From Candidatus Pelagibacter sp. HTCC7211 (GTDB lineage: Bacteria > Pseudomonadota > Alphaproteobacteria > Pelagibacterales > Pelagibacteraceae): a DNA stretch of 32,000 nucleotides. The position numbers and the translations under genes are program-made. The stretch is from positions 1,140,001 to 1,172,000 of the forward strand of contig NZ_DS995298.1 in NCBI RefSeq assembly GCF_000155895.1, written 5' to 3'. This document shows, piece by piece, positions 1 through 8,834 of the stretch (position 1 is the first letter of the stretch; every line of letters begins with the position of its first letter). The notes under the pieces are model-generated. The model was given only the letters and a program-made list of their open reading frames with translations. It had not been told where the DNA came from and searched no databases.

Positions 1-10
1 ACTAACAATA

Positions 11-1285
11 ATGAGCGCAGAAAATATCTCATACGACTTAAAAAGATTTGCTGGAATTAAACGTGATTATACTGAAGAAGAAGTTGAAAGATTAAGAGGT
101 TCAATCAAAATTGAATATTCAATGTGTAAAATGCAATCACAAAAGCTTTGGAAATTATTAAATACAGAATCTTATATTAATACACTTGGATCTTTATCTG
201 GTAATCACGCTGTGCAACATGCTAAAGCTGGGTTAAAAGCAATTTATTTAAGTGGATGGCAAGTAGCAGCAGATGCAAATAGTGCTGGAGAAATGTATCC
301 TGATCAATCTTTGTATCCTTATGATAGTGCACCAAAATTAGTTGAATCCATGAATAATGCATTAGTTAGAGCAGATCAAATTCAACACATGGAACTTAAA
401 GATGGTGATATGAAAGAAGAAAATAAAGTTGATTACATGTTACCAATTATTGCTGACGGTGAAGCAGGTTTTGGTGGACCTTTAAATGTATTTGAACTTG
501 CAAAAAAATTCATCAAAGCAGGTGCTGCTGGTGTTCATTTTGAAGATCAACTAGCTAGTGAAAAAAAATGTGGTCATATGGGTGGTAAAGTTTTAGTTCC
601 AACTGGAACTATGATTAAAAATCTAAAGGCTGCAAGATTAGCTGCAGACATTGCTAATGTTCCACTTATTATTTTAGCTAGAACAGATGCAAATGCTGCA
701 AAACTAATTACTAATGATCATGATGAAAATGATAAACCATTTTTAACAGGTGAAAGATCACCAGAAGGTTTCTTTTATGTAAAACAAGGAATTGATCAAG
801 CAATATCTAGAGGCCTTGCTTATGCTCCATATTCAGATTTGATTTGGTGTGAAACGGCGACACCAAATTTAGAAGAAGCTAAAAAATTTGCTGATGCAGT
901 TCATGAAAAATTTCCTGGAAAGTTATTAGCATACAATTGTTCTCCATCATTTAATTGGAAAAAGCATTTAAATGATGATGAAATTGCTTCTTTCCAACAA
1001 GAGATTTCCAAAATGGGATATAAATTCCAATTTATAACTTTAGCTGGTTTTCATACACAAAATATTGCAATTTTTGAACTTGCAGAAAAATATAAAAAAG
1101 AAGGTATGACTGCTTACTCTAGAATTCAAGAACAGGAATTCTTAAGAGAAAAAGATGGCTATACTAGCGTTAAGCACCAAAGAGAGGTTGGAACTTCATA
1201 TTTTGACTCTGTATCAAATACTATTAGCAGTGGCACAAGTTCTACTACTGCAATGGAAGGTTCAACTGAATCTGAACAATTTTAA
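11..1285 (+). CDS. aceA: Isocitrate lyase
   Basis: 424 aa. The ICL signature KKCGHMGGK is present, and length and overall sequence are typical of bacterial AceA. ATG at 11. Confidence 0.95.
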   Translation: MSAENISYDLKRFAGIKRDYTEEEVERLRGSIKIEYSMCKMQSQKLWKLLNTESYINTLGSLSGNHAVQHAKAGLKAIYLSGWQVAADANSAGEMYPDQSLYPYDSAPKLVESMNNALVRADQIQHMELKDGDMKEENKVDYMLPIIADGEAGFGGPLNVFELAKKFIKAGAAGVHFEDQLASEKKCGHMGGKVLVPTGTMIKNLKAARLAADIANVPLIILARTDANAAKLITNDHDENDKPFLTGERSPEGFFYVKQGIDQAISRGLAYAPYSDLIWCETATPNLEEAKKFADAVHEKFPGKLLAYNCSPSFNWKKHLNDDEIASFQQEISKMGYKFQFITLAGFHTQNIAIFELAEKYKKEGMTAYSRIQEQEFLREKDGYTSVKHQREVGTSYFDSVSNTISSGTSSTTAMEGSTESEQF

Positions 1286-1313
1286 ATAAAAATAGTTTCC
1301 CTCAAATTATTTT

Positions 1314-1341
1314 AAATAGCCCTTAATTGGGCTATTTTTTT
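1314..1341 (+). terminator. Rho-independent terminator after aceA
   Basis: Stem aaatagccc (1314-1322) pairs with gggctattt (1329-1337), with loop ttaatt. The 3' arm runs into a 7-T tract (1335-1341), about 30 nt after the aceA stop. Confidence 0.75.
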
Positions 1342-1343
1342 GT

Positions 1344-1358
1344 TTGTAATGATTACAA
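1344..1358. promoter_or_regulatory. 15-bp palindrome TTGTAAT-G-ATTACAA upstream of the GcvT-like gene (candidate operator)
   Basis: Perfect 7-bp arms around one central base. It lies 22 nt upstream of the ATG at 1380, and an SD-like AAGGA follows. Confidence 0.3.
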
Positions 1359-1379
1359 GAGACTGTTAAGGAACAAAAA

Positions 1380-2522
1380 ATGAGTAATAAAAACTTTGGT
1401 TTTGGTACACAAATAAGAAAATCACCATATTTTGACTCTACTGTAAAATGGGGCGCGACAGGTTTTTCAGTTTATAACCACATGTATATCCCAAGAGATT
1501 TTGGAAATCCTGAACAGAATTTTTGGAACCTAATTCAAACAGCTATTCTTTGCGATGTTGCTGTTGAAAGACAAGTGGAAATAACAGGTCCTGATGCTTA
1601 TAAATTTATACAATTGCTTACACCCAGAGATTTATCAAAACTTGCAATTGGTCAATGTAAATACGTATTAATCACTAATAATGATGGTGGTATATTAAAT
1701 GATCCAGTTTTATTAAGACTAGCTGAAAATCATTTTTGGTTATCCCTTGCTGATAGTGATGTTTTGTTATGGGCACAAGGCGTTGCTGTTAACTCAGGTT
1801 TAAATGTTCAAATCAAAGAACCAGATGTCTCTCCCTTACAATTACAGGGTCCTAACTCAGGAGAAATCATGGTTAAATTATTTGGAGAAGGTATTAGGGA
1901 ATTAAAATATTATTGGTTAAGAGAATACGATCTAGATGGTATTCCATTAATAGTTTCAAGAACTGGTTGGTCAAGTGAACTGGGTTATGAAATATATCTA
2001 AGAGACGGATCAAAAGGTAATGAATTATATGAAAAAATTATGGAGGCTGGAAAAACACATGGTCTTCAGCCAGGTCATACATCATCAATAAGAAGAATTG
2101 AAGGTGGAATGTTATCTTACCATGCAGATGCTGACATAAATACCAACCCATTCGAACTGGGATTAGACCGACTTGTAAATTTAGATGCAGATATAAATTT
2201 TGTAGGTAAAGATGCATTAAAAAAAATTAAACAAGATGGCATTAAAAGAAAACAAATTGGTATTGAAATTGATTGTGAACCTTTAAAAGGACCTAACACT
2301 ACATTTTGGGAGTTACAAAAAGATAATAAAATAATTGGTAAAGTTACTTCAGCTGTTTACTCTCCAAGACTTAAAAAGAATATTGCTTTAGCAATGGTTG
2401 AAATTCAACAAACAGAAATAGGTAATAAATTTGAAGTAATTTCTAATGAAGGTAAATTTAATTGTACTGTTGTTGAAAAACCTTTTTACGATCCAAAAAA
2501 GAAAATTGCTAGTAGCAGTTAA
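1380..2522 (+). CDS. GcvT-family aminomethyltransferase, DmdA-like (possible DMSP or other methyl-donor demethylase)
   Basis: 380 aa. Architecture and conserved blocks (VYNHM, CDVAVERQVEITGPDA, GGILNDPV, HFWLSLADSD, EPDVSPLQLQGP, SRTGWSSELGYEIY) match the folate-dependent GcvT/DmdA family. The substrate cannot be assigned by eye. Confidence 0.8.
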   Translation: MSNKNFGFGTQIRKSPYFDSTVKWGATGFSVYNHMYIPRDFGNPEQNFWNLIQTAILCDVAVERQVEITGPDAYKFIQLLTPRDLSKLAIGQCKYVLITNNDGGILNDPVLLRLAENHFWLSLADSDVLLWAQGVAVNSGLNVQIKEPDVSPLQLQGPNSGEIMVKLFGEGIRELKYYWLREYDLDGIPLIVSRTGWSSELGYEIYLRDGSKGNELYEKIMEAGKTHGLQPGHTSSIRRIEGGMLSYHADADINTNPFELGLDRLVNLDADINFVGKDALKKIKQDGIKRKQIGIEIDCEPLKGPNTTFWELQKDNKIIGKVTSAVYSPRLKKNIALAMVEIQQTEIGNKFEVISNEGKFNCTVVEKPFYDPKKKIASSS

Positions 2523-3286
2523 GATTTAATATTATAACCTTTTTTAAGAAGGACTGAGACAACAGTTATACAAATAATTAAGAACAAAACCATAGAGCTA
2601 ATGCTGATCCATATATTAAAGTCAGATACGCCATAAAATGCAAATCTAAGCCCATTAATCAAATAAACTACTGGATTAAAGTATGTGATTGTTTGCCAAA
2701 ATGGTGGCAACATATCTAAAGAATAAAGGCTTCCACCTAAAAATACCATTGGGGTGATAACCAATGTTGGTATGATTGACATTTGTTCAAAGTTAGAACT
2801 CATCAAACCAATTAGAAAACCAAATAAAGCAAATGTAAAAGCAACTAATAATAATAGGAAAATCATTAATAATGGGTATTTAACTTCAACTTCAACAAAA
2901 AAGGTTGCTGTTATAAAAATTACAACTCCAACTATTAAAGTTTTAGTTGCACCAGCACCAACAAATGCAAGAACAATTTCAAGAGTAGAGATTGGTGCTG
3001 CCAATATTTCATAAATAGTTCCATTAAATTTTGGGAAGAAAATTCCAAATGAAGTATTACTAATTGATTGAGTTAATAGCGTTAACATCAATAATCCTGG
3101 AACAATATAAGATCCATAACTTATACCATCAATATTTTCAACATAACCACCAATCACAGAACCAAAGACTATAAAATATAAAGATGTAGATAAAACTGGT
3201 GACAACAAAGACTGTAATAAAGTTCTTCGAAATCTATCCATCTCATGAAAATAAATTGCTTTAAACGCAAGAATATTAAATTTCAT
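2519..3286 (-). CDS. ABC-2 type transporter permease
   Basis: Six predicted TM segments and typical ABC-2 length. I moved the start from the track's TTG (3310) to the ATG at 3286, which is preceded by a strong SD (AAGGAG, 5 nt upstream). It overlaps the ATPase stop by 11 nt. Confidence 0.85.
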   Translation of the reverse strand: MKFNILAFKAIYFHEMDRFRRTLLQSLLSPVLSTSLYFIVFGSVIGGYVENIDGISYGSYIVPGLLMLTLLTQSISNTSFGIFFPKFNGTIYEILAAPISTLEIVLAFVGAGATKTLIVGVVIFITATFFVEVEVKYPLLMIFLLLLVAFTFALFGFLIGLMSSNFEQMSIIPTLVITPMVFLGGSLYSLDMLPPFWQTITYFNPVVYLINGLRFAFYGVSDFNIWISISSMVLFLIICITVVSVLLKKGYNIKS

Positions 3287-4211
3287 TATTCTCCTTAACC
3301 AAACTAACAAATATTTTTTCTAATGAATTTTGCTCTGTTTTCAAATCTCTTAATTTTAAACCTTCATCTTTTAAATCTTGAAGTAAATTTGTAATTCCAG
3401 TTTGTTTTGCTTGAACATTGTAAGTATAATCCAGGGATATATTATCTTCTCTAATTTTAAGATTGTATTTTTTCAAGCTATTCGGAATTTCTAATACTTC
3501 CTCTTGAAGATATACAGTTAATTTTTTTTGACCCATTTTTTTTAATAATTCTTTTGTTTCTTCTACTACAATTATTTCTCCTTGGTTTATAACACCTACC
3601 CTATCAGCTATCGCTTCAGCTTCTTCAATATAGTGTGTGGTTAAGATAATAGTAACTCCTGATTTTCTTAACTCTTCTACGGCATTCCACATATCTTTTC
3701 TAAGCTCCACATCAACACCAGCTGTAGGTTCGTCTAAAAATAAAATTGATGGTTCGTGAGATAAAGCTTTGGCTATTAAAACTCGTCTCTTCATTCCACC
3801 TGATAATTGTCTTAATCTTTGATCTTTTTTATCCCAAAGACTCAAATCTTTAAGAATTTTTTCTATATGTTTTGGGTTAGGTTTCTTTCCGTATAAACCC
3901 CTTGAATAACTTATGTTGTTAAACACGGTTTCAAACTGTTCTAATGTTAATTCTTGAGGCACTAATCCAATTCTCGATCTGGTTTCTCTATAATCATCTA
4001 TAATATCATAACCATCAACTGTAACTTTACCTGATGATGGTTTAACTATTCCACAAATAATACTAATTAGAGTTGTTTTACCAGCACCATTGGGTCCTAA
4101 CATTGCAAAGATTTCCCCTTTTTTAATATTAAGATTTACTTTTTCTAAAGCTTTGAAGCCGTTATTATAAAATTTTGATAGATTGTTAATAATTATTTGA
4201 TTTTCAGACAT
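3276..4211 (-). CDS. ABC transporter ATP-binding protein (ABC-2 exporter partner)
   Basis: Walker [10 protein letters not shown], signature LSGGMKRR, Walker [15 protein letters not shown] lies upstream of the ATG. Confidence 0.9.
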   Translation of the reverse strand: MSENQIIINNLSKFYNNGFKALEKVNLNIKKGEIFAMLGPNGAGKTTLISIICGIVKPSSGKVTVDGYDIIDDYRETRSRIGLVPQELTLEQFETVFNNISYSRGLYGKKPNPKHIEKILKDLSLWDKKDQRLRQLSGGMKRRVLIAKALSHEPSILFLDEPTAGVDVELRKDMWNAVEELRKSGVTIILTTHYIEEAEAIADRVGVINQGEIIVVEETKELLKKMGQKKLTVYLQEEVLEIPNSLKKYNLKIREDNISLDYTYNVQAKQTGITNLLQDLKDEGLKLRDLKTEQNSLEKIFVSLVKENNEI

Positions 4212-4293
4212 TTTGGAGCTCCATATATAGAGTTTAATTTATATATTACAATAATCTAATTTTACTAAACTGCTCTTTACAACAAAAAAACAA

Positions 4294-4818
4294 CTAATTG
4301 ATAGATTTTAATATTTCCAAAGGTAGTGGTGCTTCTGGATATTTTTTTTGGCACAACTCTTCATAACTTTTACAATATCTTGTTATAATTTTAAAAACAT
4401 TATCCTTATTTTTAATAATATCTAATTCATTAATTAAATCATTTCGTTTATTTTCTAATTCTTGTATTTGTTCTGTTGAAAAAAACTCACCAGTTTCAAT
4501 TTCCCAATATGTATTGTCAAGTTCATCATCATTTAATTCATTTAATTTTTTTTGTAATTCTTGAATAATCTTGTCATTAGATTTTTTATTTCTCATAGGA
4601 GAATTTTTCAATTTTCCAAGACACTTATCTTTAAGTCCATCTATAAAATGATCATATGGTTTTCCTTCAGAAAGATCTTTAAAATGATTTGAATTAAAAT
4701 ATTTATCTATTGCAAATTTTGTAGAAACTTTTTCTTTGCCTTTAATTATTGCTACTTGCACATAAACTTCTTGATTAATATATTCTTCTAAATGTTCTTT
4801 AACTTTCTGAGGGATCAT
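4294..4818 (-). CDS. Hypothetical protein, charged and probably coiled-coil, no recognisable family
   Basis: 174-aa ORF with an ATG start, fitting tightly between neighbours. No signal peptide or TM segment. Repetitive E/K/N/L-rich central part. Confidence 0.5.
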   Translation of the reverse strand: MIPQKVKEHLEEYINQEVYVQVAIIKGKEKVSTKFAIDKYFNSNHFKDLSEGKPYDHFIDGLKDKCLGKLKNSPMRNKKSNDKIIQELQKKLNELNDDELDNTYWEIETGEFFSTEQIQELENKRNDLINELDIIKNKDNVFKIITRYCKSYEELCQKKYPEAPLPLEILKSIN

Positions 4819-4829
4819 TTTTTTAAAAA

Positions 4830-5297
4830 TTAATGTGGTGCTCGATACCTACTGTGGCAAGCTTTACAATTACTCCACATTAATTTTCCAATTGTGCCTC
4901 TAACATTATCTGTTTCTTCAATTGTCGAAGCAAGTTTTATCATATCATCAGATGCTTTTAGCATTAAAGCATCAAAAGCATCTTTTTCTTCCCAAATAAT
5001 TGGCAAAGAACCGGTCTTAAATCCCTCTTTAGAGTTATCTGGAAACATTTCTTTTAAATTTTTATAATTTTCACTCATCTCTAACATTAATATCTTTGCA
5101 TCATCAAAATCACCACTTGATGAGAGTGATTGAACTTTTTTAGCTGTATTATAATTTTTACTAAATAAAGCTTTTCTATTCTTAATTATTTCCTCAGAAC
5201 TTTGTTCAGAGTTACCCGCTGTAGTCACAAAAATACCACATAATGACAATAATAATATTTTAATAATTATTTTTATATGTTTAAATAAATCATGCAT
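4830..5297 (-). CDS. Class II c-type cytochrome (cytochrome c'/c556 family), periplasmic
   Basis: N-terminal signal-like hydrophobic segment. Single CxxCH (CKACH) a few residues from the C-terminus, which is the class II hallmark. Size 155 aa. Confidence 0.75.
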   Translation of the reverse strand: MHDLFKHIKIIIKILLLSLCGIFVTTAGNSEQSSEEIIKNRKALFSKNYNTAKKVQSLSSSGDFDDAKILMLEMSENYKNLKEMFPDNSKEGFKTGSLPIIWEEKDAFDALMLKASDDMIKLASTIEETDNVRGTIGKLMWSNCKACHSRYRAPH

Positions 5298-5819
5298 CTA
5301 AATAATACCCTAACAGAGTATGGTGTTTTTTCAAAGTTGCTACATTGGCTCAGCGCAATTTTACTTTTTATCCAAATTCCCTTAGGTTTTTATCTAGTGG
5401 ATTTAGATTTTGGTGAGGAGAGAATTACATTTGAAAATATACATATAATATTAGGTCTAACCATATTTTATTTAGTTATCATTAGACTAATTAAAAATAT
5501 TATTAACCCCACACCAAAAGTAGATGCAAGTATTTTTAAAGGACAAAAGTTTTTAGCAAAAATGAATCACGTATTATTATATGTGACTATTTTATCCATC
5601 TCAATTTCAGGAATTTTAAAAAAACTATTCAATGGAGAAACTTTAATAATATTTTTTAAAAAAATTAAATTAAATGATAATTTTGAATTAGCCGAAATAT
5701 TTTACGATGTACATGTCTTTTCAAATTATTTAATTATAACTTTAATAGCTTTACATGTATTAGCTGTTATTATTCATAAATTTTTTTTTAATGACAATTT
5801 ATTGAAAAAAATTACTTAG
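5292..5819 (+). CDS. Cytochrome b561 family membrane protein (CybB-like)
   Basis: 175 aa with 4 TM helices. Conserved His positions are LHW near the N-terminus, NIHII, MNHV, DVHV and ALHVLAVIIH. Confidence 0.75.
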   Translation: MHLNNTLTEYGVFSKLLHWLSAILLFIQIPLGFYLVDLDFGEERITFENIHIILGLTIFYLVIIRLIKNIINPTPKVDASIFKGQKFLAKMNHVLLYVTILSISISGILKKLFNGETLIIFFKKIKLNDNFELAEIFYDVHVFSNYLIITLIALHVLAVIIHKFFFNDNLLKKIT

Positions 5820-6530
5820 CTAGTTTCTTATTATCAAACAAATCAATCTATCTCTAAACTTTAGCTCTTTTTTATATTTATTCTTAATTTCGATTAAACC
5901 ATCTGCTATTTGTTTTTCATTAAAACTAAGTAAAGTAGAAATATATCTTTTTTTTATCATCTGAATATATTTTATTTTTGAAATTTTAACTTTAAATATA
6001 AATTGCTTAATAATTATTTTTGGATAATTTTTTTTAATTAAATCAAAATAACTTTTGTCTCTTTTTAATGATTTATGTAATTTTTTTTTCATTAAAAAAA
6101 AGGTTGGAATTTCATTTTTTTTTGGGTCTAAACTTAAAATTATAATTTTACCATTAACATTAAGTTTATTTTTACAAATATACAGAAGTTTTTTGATTTC
6201 TTTTTTTTTTAATAAATGAATTGTTTGTTTTATTAAGATTAAATCAAACTTTAATTTAGTTTTTGAAATGAAGGATAAAGCATCTGTAGTTTTAAAAATA
6301 ATCTTTTTACTTTTGTCTTTATGATTTTCAATATCTAGACCAATAGGTTTATAATGTAGATTAAGTTTACTCGATAAATTAGCTATAATTTTTCCTCTAC
6401 CACATCCAATATCTAAAACTCTAGAATATTTATTAAGTTTTATTTGTTTTAATATAAATTTATTGAAAGAGTGAATATATTTATTTGATGATAACCAAGT
6501 TTTATTATCCCAATTTTTAAGTGAAACCAT
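5820..6530 (-). CDS. Class I SAM-dependent methyltransferase
   Basis: Motif I VLDIGCGRGK. 236 aa, very Lys/Ile-rich. Confidence 0.7.
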   Translation of the reverse strand: MVSLKNWDNKTWLSSNKYIHSFNKFILKQIKLNKYSRVLDIGCGRGKIIANLSSKLNLHYKPIGLDIENHKDKSKKIIFKTTDALSFISKTKLKFDLILIKQTIHLLKKKEIKKLLYICKNKLNVNGKIIILSLDPKKNEIPTFFLMKKKLHKSLKRDKSYFDLIKKNYPKIIIKQFIFKVKISKIKYIQMIKKRYISTLLSFNEKQIADGLIEIKNKYKKELKFRDRLICLIIRN

Positions 6531-6535
6531 TTATA

Positions 6536-6568
6536 GTATTTAAATCATTACAAAAATTATTTAAATAC
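6536..6568. repeat. 10-bp perfect inverted repeat GTATTTAAAT-N13-ATTTAAATAC in a divergent promoter region
   Basis: Read directly. The arms are at 6536-6545 and 6559-6568, between the methyltransferase (-) and MATE (+) starts. Confidence 0.4.
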
Positions 6569-6585
6569 AGTTTTAAAGATAAAAA

Positions 6586-7893
6586 ATGCAAAAATCCTCA
6601 ATCCAATATATCTTAAAATTATCAATTCCTATATTTTTTGCCAACTTAGCAATTCCAATGGTTGGAATTATTGACACAACGTTAATGGGAAATCTAGGAA
6701 GTTTATCTTACCTTTCAGCAACATCTGTTGCAGCCAATTTATTTTCAATGATTTTTTGGAGTTTTGGTTTTTTAAGAATGGGCACAGTTGGAATGGTGTC
6801 TCAAGCTAATGGAAAAAATGACCATTCAGAAATCTTAAATATTATAATTCGAAATCTTTTATTTGTTTTAACTATATCAATAATATTAATTTTAATTCAA
6901 AATTTTATATTAAATTTAAGTCTAAAGATTTTTGATTTATCTGAAGCTACTAAAGATCTTTATAGTCAATATTTTAGAATTAGAGTTTATTCAGCTCCAG
7001 GGGAATTAACACTATACATTATAACTGGATTATTTGTTGGATTACAAAAAACTAAAACTTCTAGTTTTGCTGTTGGTTTTTTTTCTATTTTGAATATTTT
7101 AATAAGTGTAGTTCTTGTCACAAAATTTGATTTGAATATTAAGGGTGTTGCTTATGGAACCTTTTTCTCAGCATTGATTACATCAATAATTTTTTTAATT
7201 TATACATTTTGGTATTTATCAAAATATGCCAAAATTGAAATTAAATTTAATCAAATATTAAATATAAAAAAAATTAAAGATATATTTAATATTAATCTAA
7301 ATATTTTTATTAGAACAATCTTATTAACCTTTTCATTTTTATGGTTCACTTATCTTGGAACACAAATTGGTGAGGATTATGTTGCTGCAAATGCTATATT
7401 AATCAATCTTGTTTTTCTATCTGCTTTTATATTGGATGCTTATGCTTTTTCTACTGAAGGAATAGTTGGTTACTCATTAGGAAAAAAAGATTTAACTCTT
7501 TTTAAAAATATTGTTAAAAATTCATTTATACTAAGTTCGATATCAGGATTAATAATTTCTATAATCTTCTTTTTTACTAACAACTTTGTGATTAATTTTA
7601 TGTCAGATATAGATGAAATCAGAAAGTTAAGTTCATCTTATGTAATTTGGTTAATAATTTTACCTGTAATTTCATCTTTTTGTTATCAATTTGACGGTAT
7701 TTTTATAGGAGCCTCTCAAACAAAAGAATTAAGAAATGCAATGATCTTTTCAGTTTTAGTTTATTTGTTAATTTCAATATTATTAATTAAATTTCTATTA
7801 AATACTGGGATTTGGATTTCTCTTTGTATCTTTATGATTCTAAGAGCTATTTCTCTTTTTTGGTATTTAAATAGAATCTATTTAAGATTTTAA
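6586..7893 (+). CDS. MATE family efflux transporter
   Basis: 435 aa with about 12 TM segments. The N-terminal block PIFFANLAIPMVGIIDTTLMGNLG is typical of MATE (DinF/NorM-like) proteins. Confidence 0.85.
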   Translation: MQKSSIQYILKLSIPIFFANLAIPMVGIIDTTLMGNLGSLSYLSATSVAANLFSMIFWSFGFLRMGTVGMVSQANGKNDHSEILNIIIRNLLFVLTISIILILIQNFILNLSLKIFDLSEATKDLYSQYFRIRVYSAPGELTLYIITGLFVGLQKTKTSSFAVGFFSILNILISVVLVTKFDLNIKGVAYGTFFSALITSIIFLIYTFWYLSKYAKIEIKFNQILNIKKIKDIFNINLNIFIRTILLTFSFLWFTYLGTQIGEDYVAANAILINLVFLSAFILDAYAFSTEGIVGYSLGKKDLTLFKNIVKNSFILSSISGLIISIIFFFTNNFVINFMSDIDEIRKLSSSYVIWLIILPVISSFCYQFDGIFIGASQTKELRNAMIFSVLVYLLISILLIKFLLNTGIWISLCIFMILRAISLFWYLNRIYLRF

Positions 7894-7896
7894 AGT

Positions 7897-8334
7897 TCAA
7901 TGACACGCAATATTAAATTTTTTTAAACGCCAATAATTATATGGCCAAGGTGTTAGAAAGCCTACAATCAACATGATTGGCACAACCCACCAAGTTAATA
8001 TGGCTCCACCTGTCAATAGATAGTCTGTTAAATTCATTGCAACTTCCATACTTACCATTGAAATAAAACTCATTCCCAGAGCTGTTTTTAAAGCATTTTT
8101 AAAATCAAAGTTTTGTTTCATAAGTATAATGGTTTCTAGAATTATACTTGTAATTAATCCGTTTATAATTGCTAATGTCATAATCCCTATAACTGGAAAT
8201 GGAATTTTTGTTAATTGAAAAAATAATATTGTTCCAAAATCTCCAATAGCACAACCTAATAAACACCATGCTGTATTTTTTGCACTTCTTTTCCATGTAT
8301 CTGAACAAGACCAATTAAAAGTACTAGCTGTCAT
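7897..8334 (-). CDS. DUF4396-family small membrane protein
   Basis: 145 aa with 4 TM segments. Cys-containing N-terminal block WCLLGCAIGDFGT, as I recall it for DUF4396. Confidence 0.6.
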   Translation of the reverse strand: MTASTFNWSCSDTWKRSAKNTAWCLLGCAIGDFGTILFFQLTKIPFPVIGIMTLAIINGLITSIILETIILMKQNFDFKNALKTALGMSFISMVSMEVAMNLTDYLLTGGAILTWWVVPIMLIVGFLTPWPYNYWRLKKFNIACH

Positions 8335-8336
8335 AA

Positions 8337-8780
8337 TTATTTGCTTAAATTTATCTGATATTCATATTCTTCTTTAGGCCAAAAAGATTTGATATAAGCC
8401 AATACACTATCAATTTCTTTATCAGATAAATTGTCCTCAAAACCAATCATTTTACCTTGGTAATTTTTTACTAATTTTGCTAATCCATATTTAATTATTG
8501 CATGCAGTGTTTGATCATCATGATGCCACGTGTGTCCTGTTCCATTTAAAGGAGGAGCTTTTCTATGACCATCTTCATCCATTTCTTTCCAATTCTCTGC
8601 TCCAGCTAAATTAACCATATGACATGAAACACAATAATTTTGATATGCAATTTTACCTCTTTCAATCATAATTTTTGACTTAGTTGTAATTGGAAAATGA
8701 TTATGTGCTTTAGCAACAGTTAAAGTGCTAAAAAAAATTAAAATGATTGTTGGTAATAATTTAATAATGTGCTTTAACAT
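8337..8780 (-). CDS. Monohaem c-type cytochrome, periplasmic
   Basis: Signal peptide ending in AKA, and a single CVSCH haem-binding motif. 147 aa. It lies 2 nt upstream of the DUF4396 gene. Confidence 0.75.
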   Translation of the reverse strand: MLKHIIKLLPTIILIFFSTLTVAKAHNHFPITTKSKIMIERGKIAYQNYCVSCHMVNLAGAENWKEMDEDGHRKAPPLNGTGHTWHHDDQTLHAIIKYGLAKLVKNYQGKMIGFEDNLSDKEIDSVLAYIKSFWPKEEYEYQINLSK

Positions 8781-8834
8781 GATTTTAATATAAATATTTA
8801 AATTTTATAAACAAGTAAGTGAATTAACTCAAAA

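Noticed and set aside
3287-3310. TTG-initiated extensions chosen by the ORF track for the ABC-2 permease (3310) and for the ferredoxin (27423).
   Set aside because: Downstream ATGs fit better. The one at 3286 has an AAGGAG SD 5 nt upstream. The one at 27414 forms a TAATG coupling overlap.
5820-6530. Long homopolymer tracts (T10 at 6201-6210, T9 at 6081-6089, A8 at 6094-6101, T9 at 6115-6123) as possible slipped-strand phase-variation switches in the methyltransferase gene.
   Set aside because: They encode runs of Lys in a very Lys-rich protein. Similar tracts occur in other genes here (for example 11237-11254 and 28761-28769). There is no evidence of frameshifted copies, so this is compositional rather than a switch.
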